Source: a virus (lineage: Duplodnaviria; Heunggongvirae; Uroviricota; Caudoviricetes). From it: DNA of 10,212 nucleotides. The DNA lies in IMG/VR virus record IMGVR_UViG_2778261066_000004; one strand, 5' to 3'. This document shows positions 6,970-10,212 of this stretch, piece after piece (position 1 is the first letter of the stretch; the number at the start of each line of letters is the position of its first letter). The notes under the pieces are model-generated. The model did no database searches and was not told the origin of the DNA. It saw only the letters and a list, made by a program, of their open reading frames with translations. Made by a program: the position numbers and the translations under genes.

Positions 6970-7915
6970 ACGCCCACTGGTTATAAACACACAGCTTGCG
7001 ATGAAGATTGGCTTAAATGAAGCCATTGTGTTGCAGCAGTTGCATTACTGGTTGAGAGATACCAGTTCCGGTATGGAATGTGACGGGGTTCGCTGGATTT
7101 ATAACACAACAGAACAATGGCTGGAACAGTTCCCGTTCTGGTCAGAGTCAACGTTAAAACGCGCATTTGCAAGTCTGAAAACGCTGGGGCTTTTGCGTTG
7201 CGAAAAGCTCAACAAATCAAAGCGTGATATGACTAATTTTTACACGATTAATTACGAGAGTGAGCTTTTAGATGGTGGCAAAGTGAGCGAATCCATCAGG
7301 TCAAAATGCGCCGCTCCATCGGGTCAAAATGACACGATGGAAGAGGTCAAAATGGCACGCTCCATTGGTTCAAAACGACCCAATGTCATCGGGTCAAAAT
7401 GGCCTGATGATCTTACAGAGAATACAACAGAGATTACTACAGAGAATAAAAACACTTCTCGTCCGGAAGCTTCGCAACCGGACCCGCAGACGGCTGAACA
7501 GGATTTTTTAACCCGACACCCTGACGCGGTTGTGTTCAGTGCGAAAAAACGCCAGTGGGGAAGTCAGGAAGATTTGGCGTGCGCACAGTGGATCTGGGGA
7601 CGAATCGTGAGTCTTTACGAGCAGGCTGCCAGCGATGATGGCGAGATCACGCGACCGAAAGAACCAAACTGGACCGCATGGGCCAATGACGTGCGCACAA
7701 TGCGGATGCTGGATGGCAGAAGCCACAGACAAATTTGCGAAATGTTTGGTCGGGTACAGCGAGATCCATTCTGGGTAAAAAACATCATGAGCCCGTTAAA
7801 GCTTCGCGAAAAATGGGACGACCTGGTCATCCGCCTGGGGCGTTCACCTGTACAGTGTTGTGTGAATCATATTTCTGAACCGGATACCGAAATTCCGCCT
7901 GGTTTCAGGGGATAA
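6950..7915 (+). CDS. Replication initiator (O-like) with DnaT-like C-terminal domain; contains the origin iterons
   Basis: ATG 6950 (MSLLFAERPL…) overlaps the YdaT-like gene end; the ORF track's 6896 start is TTG. C-terminus …VNHISEPDTEIPPGFRG resembles the C-terminus of E. coli primosomal protein DnaT (…SEPDSQIPPGFRG, recalled). The middle of the gene carries five ~23-bp direct repeats. Confidence 0.85.
   Translation: MSLLFAERPLVINTQLAMKIGLNEAIVLQQLHYWLRDTSSGMECDGVRWIYNTTEQWLEQFPFWSESTLKRAFASLKTLGLLRCEKLNKSKRDMTNFYTINYESELLDGGKVSESIRSKCAAPSGQNDTMEEVKMARSIGSKRPNVIGSKWPDDLTENTTEITTENKNTSRPEASQPDPQTAEQDFLTRHPDAVVFSAKKRQWGSQEDLACAQWIWGRIVSLYEQAASDDGEITRPKEPNWTAWANDVRTMRMLDGRSHRQICEMFGRVQRDPFWVKNIMSPLKLREKWDDLVIRLGRSPVQCCVNHISEPDTEIPPGFRG
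7293..7402. repeat. Replication origin iterons: five direct repeats of (T)CCATC(G/A)GGTCAAAATG at ~23-bp spacing
   Basis: Copies at 7293-7309, 7316-7332, 7344-7355 (partial), 7362-7378 (variant ggttcaaaacg), 7388-7402; embedded in the O-like reading frame as lambda ori is in gene O. Confidence 0.65.
7411..7460. other. A+T-rich candidate DNA-unwinding element next to the iterons, with three ACAGAGA(A/T)T repeats
   Basis: 'tacagagaatacaacagagattactacagagaataaaaac' directly follows the last iteron. Confidence 0.45.
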
Positions 7916-7955
7916 GTGGTGATTTTAGGGCATAAAGTAATGTTCAGGAGGACTT

Positions 7956-8363
7956 ATGGCAAAAGTATTTACACAGGAAGAGCGGGAAAAAATTAAAGGA
8001 CAGGTGGTGGAACTCGTGCGCCAGAGCGGTCGTGAGACGTTACGGCAACTGGAAGCTAAAACAGGTGCGACAAGATATCTGATGAGCGTTCTTGCCAGAG
8101 AGCTGGTTGCCAGTGGTGATGTATATCACTCTGGCTATGGGGTGTTCCCGTCAGAACGGGCTCGTAAGGACTGGCAAAACGCCCGCAAAAAACTCTCGAG
8201 GGCAAAGGTGAAGAAACCTGTTGTGGTTGATCCGGGCCTTATCTGGACATTACCCGACGGAGAAATACGCCGCTACGACAGGCGTATGAACATAATCTGT
8301 CGCGAGTGCCGGAAGAGCGAAGTTATGCAGCGTGTATTGGCGTTCTATCAGGGATATGCCTAG
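7956..8363 (+). CDS. Hypothetical protein (135 aa), possible winged-helix DNA-binding protein
   Basis: Consensus SD AGGAGG 5 nt upstream of the ATG; basic C-terminus; no recognisable catalytic motif. Occupies the slot where lambdoid phages carry P/DnaC-like or ren/nin genes. Confidence 0.75.
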   Translation: MAKVFTQEEREKIKGQVVELVRQSGRETLRQLEAKTGATRYLMSVLARELVASGDVYHSGYGVFPSERARKDWQNARKKLSRAKVKKPVVVDPGLIWTLPDGEIRRYDRRMNIICRECRKSEVMQRVLAFYQGYA

Positions 8364-8409
8364 AATTGTCACAGGTAATGAAATTAAAGAGTATTGGTTC
8401 GGATATGAA

Positions 8410-8439
8410 TTGACATTTTCGCGGCACAGAGCTAAAAAT
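8410..8439 (+). promoter_or_regulatory. Candidate sigma70 promoter TTGACA-N17-TAAAAAT
   Basis: Consensus -35 TTGACA (8410-8415), 17-nt spacer, -10 TAAAAA(T) (8433-8439), in the A+T-rich intergenic region ~300 bp upstream of the SIR2-like gene. Confidence 0.3.
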
Positions 8440-8731
8440 AGCCTACTTGTTGGTTTTGTGTGAAAAGCAGACATTTTGAGGCTCAGGATTTGTTATCAAA
8501 TAAGACCAATACTTATCTATATTAATACACATTAAATACTGTGCAATACATTATTGCATTTTATTAGATAAGCGATATTTAGGGAAAAGAAAAGTCATAG
8601 AAAACAGGCCGCTATTTGTTGTTGGATTTTATAGGCTATATCTAGATTATCTTGCCACTGCGGTCTCTGTTTACCTAACAGCTTGGGCTTCTTTGCATGC
8701 AAGTTTGTAATAACAAGTGTAATCAAACGGA

Positions 8732-9763
8732 ATGTCTATTAATCCTAAACTTAAGCGTATCGCGCGACGCTATCCAGCGTTATTCCAATATGAGTCCCCC
8801 TATATGGCAAGAAAATTAATAATATTCGGCAACGGTCTCGGTATGGCTTTAGATCCTGCTCACTTCTCCTTAGACAGAGCGTTGGAAGAAATTTGGCATC
8901 GCCCCAATTTTTTAAAAGATATCCACAAGCAACTTATCGAGCGTTGTCTTCAGCGGCAAGGTCCACCAGAAGGAGAACATGAGTTGGATACCCTTCACCA
9001 GGCTGTCACATATTGTAAAGCTCTTGCTCAAATTGGAGAGGGGAACGTGCATTGGCTTACTGAAGATGGACTAAACTTCCCCAAAATTACCGCCACTTAT
9101 ATTCACAAAGTTGCAACCAGGTTGCATAATTACGATAAAGGTTTGCCACAAAGATTCGAAAATGCGCTTGTGGAGTTTGTAAAGAACACACACTCACATA
9201 TCGCGACATTAAACTATGACAAATTATTATACAATTCATTCATAGATAATGATATATTCAACGGGTATGATGGGGTTTTAGTTGATGGGATGCTAAGCCA
9301 CGGATTTTCCTCTGCAGCGCTCGAACGGAAATACAATCGTAGGTTTGGTTATTATTTGCACTTGCATGGTTCACCACTATTTATTAATCAGCATGAAAAT
9401 GTTTTAAAACTTTCACGCTCACAACTTACTCTTGACATAGATGAACCTAGTGAGCATATAGTGTTAACTCATATAAAAAGAAAACCGTCAGTTATAGCAG
9501 CATCTAATGTTCTTTCTACGTACTGGGATTATTTGCAGTTTGCATTATTTGAATCAGAAGAAATAATATTGTTTGGTTACTCTGGTCTCGATATTCACCT
9601 TAACCTGCTTATTCGACCTTACCTAACCTCTAAGCCTTTAAGAGTAATTGAGTGGAGCGGTGCTGGTGAACAAAACGCTCGTGAGATATATTGGAAAAAC
9701 CAGTTGAGACGGGAAGTTACTGTAATTAGGTTGGATAACATCACTGATTTTATTGATTGGTAG
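8732..9763 (+). CDS. Stand-alone SIR2-like (SIR2_2 / defence-type sirtuin) protein, 343 aa; candidate NAD+-targeting defence effector
   Basis: Ordered motifs: Gly-rich loop LIIFGNGLGMALD, ATLNYDKLL (SIR2_2 'TNYD'), YYLHLHGS ('LHGS' with candidate catalytic His), ILFGYSGLD ('GYS…D'). A+T-rich codon usage unlike the phage backbone. Weak SD; alternative start at Met25. Confidence 0.8.
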   Translation: MSINPKLKRIARRYPALFQYESPYMARKLIIFGNGLGMALDPAHFSLDRALEEIWHRPNFLKDIHKQLIERCLQRQGPPEGEHELDTLHQAVTYCKALAQIGEGNVHWLTEDGLNFPKITATYIHKVATRLHNYDKGLPQRFENALVEFVKNTHSHIATLNYDKLLYNSFIDNDIFNGYDGVLVDGMLSHGFSSAALERKYNRRFGYYLHLHGSPLFINQHENVLKLSRSQLTLDIDEPSEHIVLTHIKRKPSVIAASNVLSTYWDYLQFALFESEEIILFGYSGLDIHLNLLIRPYLTSKPLRVIEWSGAGEQNAREIYWKNQLRREVTVIRLDNITDFIDW

Positions 9764-9833
9764 CGCAATGCGAAGTTAAAGAGGCAGCCTCATATTTATC
9801 AGAGCTGGTGTACGTCCAATACAGGAGGTTATC

Positions 9834-9923
9834 GTGCTGGTTCTCAAATGCGCGCTGGCTATTGCGGCTGTAGTGGCAATTTATTGTCTTGCTATTGTTC
9901 TTATGGATCGCCTTTCTGATTGA
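9834..9923 (+). CDS. 29-codon hydrophobic peptide ORF (VLVLKCALAIAAVVAIYCLAIVLMDRLSD), candidate single-pass membrane peptide
   Basis: GTG start with consensus SD AGGAGG (9823-9828) at 5-nt spacing; almost entirely hydrophobic with a charged C-terminal tail; 70 bp downstream of the SIR2-like stop on the same strand. Below the ORF-track length cutoff. Confidence 0.4.
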   Translation: MLVLKCALAIAAVVAIYCLAIVLMDRLSD

Positions 9924-9973
9924 TTTTATATTGGCGAGGTGACGGGAGTTAAGTAGAATTGCTGCGGGTGCTT

Positions 9974-10102
9974 GAGGCTATCTGCCTCAGGCATGAACAC
10001 CAAAAGGCAGATAGAGAAAAGCCCCAGTTAACATTACGCGTCCTGCAAGACGCTTAATGTTAATCTGAGGCCATATCTATGCGACACATAGAGATTAGCC
10101 TC
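9974..10102 (+). other. Cluster of three hairpins (candidate structured RNA / leader) between the peptide ORF and an ORF starting at the window edge
   Basis: H1: gaggc-tatct-gcctc (9974-9988), mutually exclusive with ctatctgcc (9978-9986) / ggcagatag (10006-10014). H2: 15-bp stem with one mismatch, ttaacattacgcgtc / gacgcttaatgttaa, loop ctgcaa (10028-10063). H3: gaggcc…gcctc with inner tctatg/cataga stem (10067-10102). None is followed by a U-tract. Confidence 0.4.
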
Positions 10103-10212
10103 TTACGGACCAAAAGGTCAAGGAGATGTATGGGTCCACCACATATTGCAATTTTTATTCTCTTTTAAAATATATTCCACGGGCGTCATTAGTGCGAGCG
10201 CCTTGTGGGGTC

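Noticed and set aside
6159-7026. Minus-strand ORFs overlapping the Cro-like, YdaT-like and O-like genes (6159..6575, 6615..6905, 6799..7026, 6981..7172)
   Set aside because: Antisense to a tightly overlapping rightward operon with good start signals; 6159..6575 would also cover the operator/promoter region.
8250-8474. 74-aa minus-strand ORF spanning the 3' end of the 135-aa gene and the A+T-rich intergenic region
   Set aside because: No SD, overlaps a well-supported gene and a candidate promoter; likely spurious.
9974-10102. Retron msr/msd ncRNA hypothesis for the hairpin cluster
   Set aside because: No flanking a1/a2 inverted repeats could be found around the cluster, and no reverse-transcriptase ORF is visible within the window; kept only as a generic structured-RNA candidate.
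8732-10212. Thoeris (ThsA + ThsB) assignment for the SIR2-like gene
   Set aside because: No TIR-domain ORF is present on either side within the window and the protein lacks room for a SLOG domain; cannot be called Thoeris from what is visible.
1-10212. CRISPR arrays, rRNA, insertion-sequence terminal repeats
   Set aside because: No regularly spaced direct repeats with unique spacers, no rRNA-like segments and no transposase-like ORF with terminal inverted repeats were seen.

Overview
The window reads as the integrase-proximal ~10 kb of a lambdoid (lambda/Rac-like) prophage inserted into a tRNA-Ser(UGA) gene. Left to right: a host-side intrinsic terminator and a 60-bp partial tRNA-Ser 3' copy (att core); an A-rich arm with 10-bp direct repeats; a lambda-family tyrosine integrase; an apparent xis frame broken by an in-frame amber codon; an 811-aa exonuclease-like early gene; several small early-left ORFs; an immunity region (short HTH repressor flanked on both sides by TTGTTAG-N6-CTAACAA-type operators, divergent Cro-like gene); a YdaT-like gene; and an O-like replication initiator with a DnaT-like C-terminus and an embedded iteron origin. 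The right-hand ~1.9 kb (8364-10212) is visibly A+T-rich and carries a stand-alone SIR2-like gene, a 29-codon hydrophobic peptide ORF with a strong Shine-Dalgarno, and a cluster of hairpins. This is the most likely place for an undescribed defence or abortive-infection module, but the window ends before its full extent is visible. All calls come from reading motifs and from recalled family signatures; no database search or computation was possible, so product names are hypotheses.
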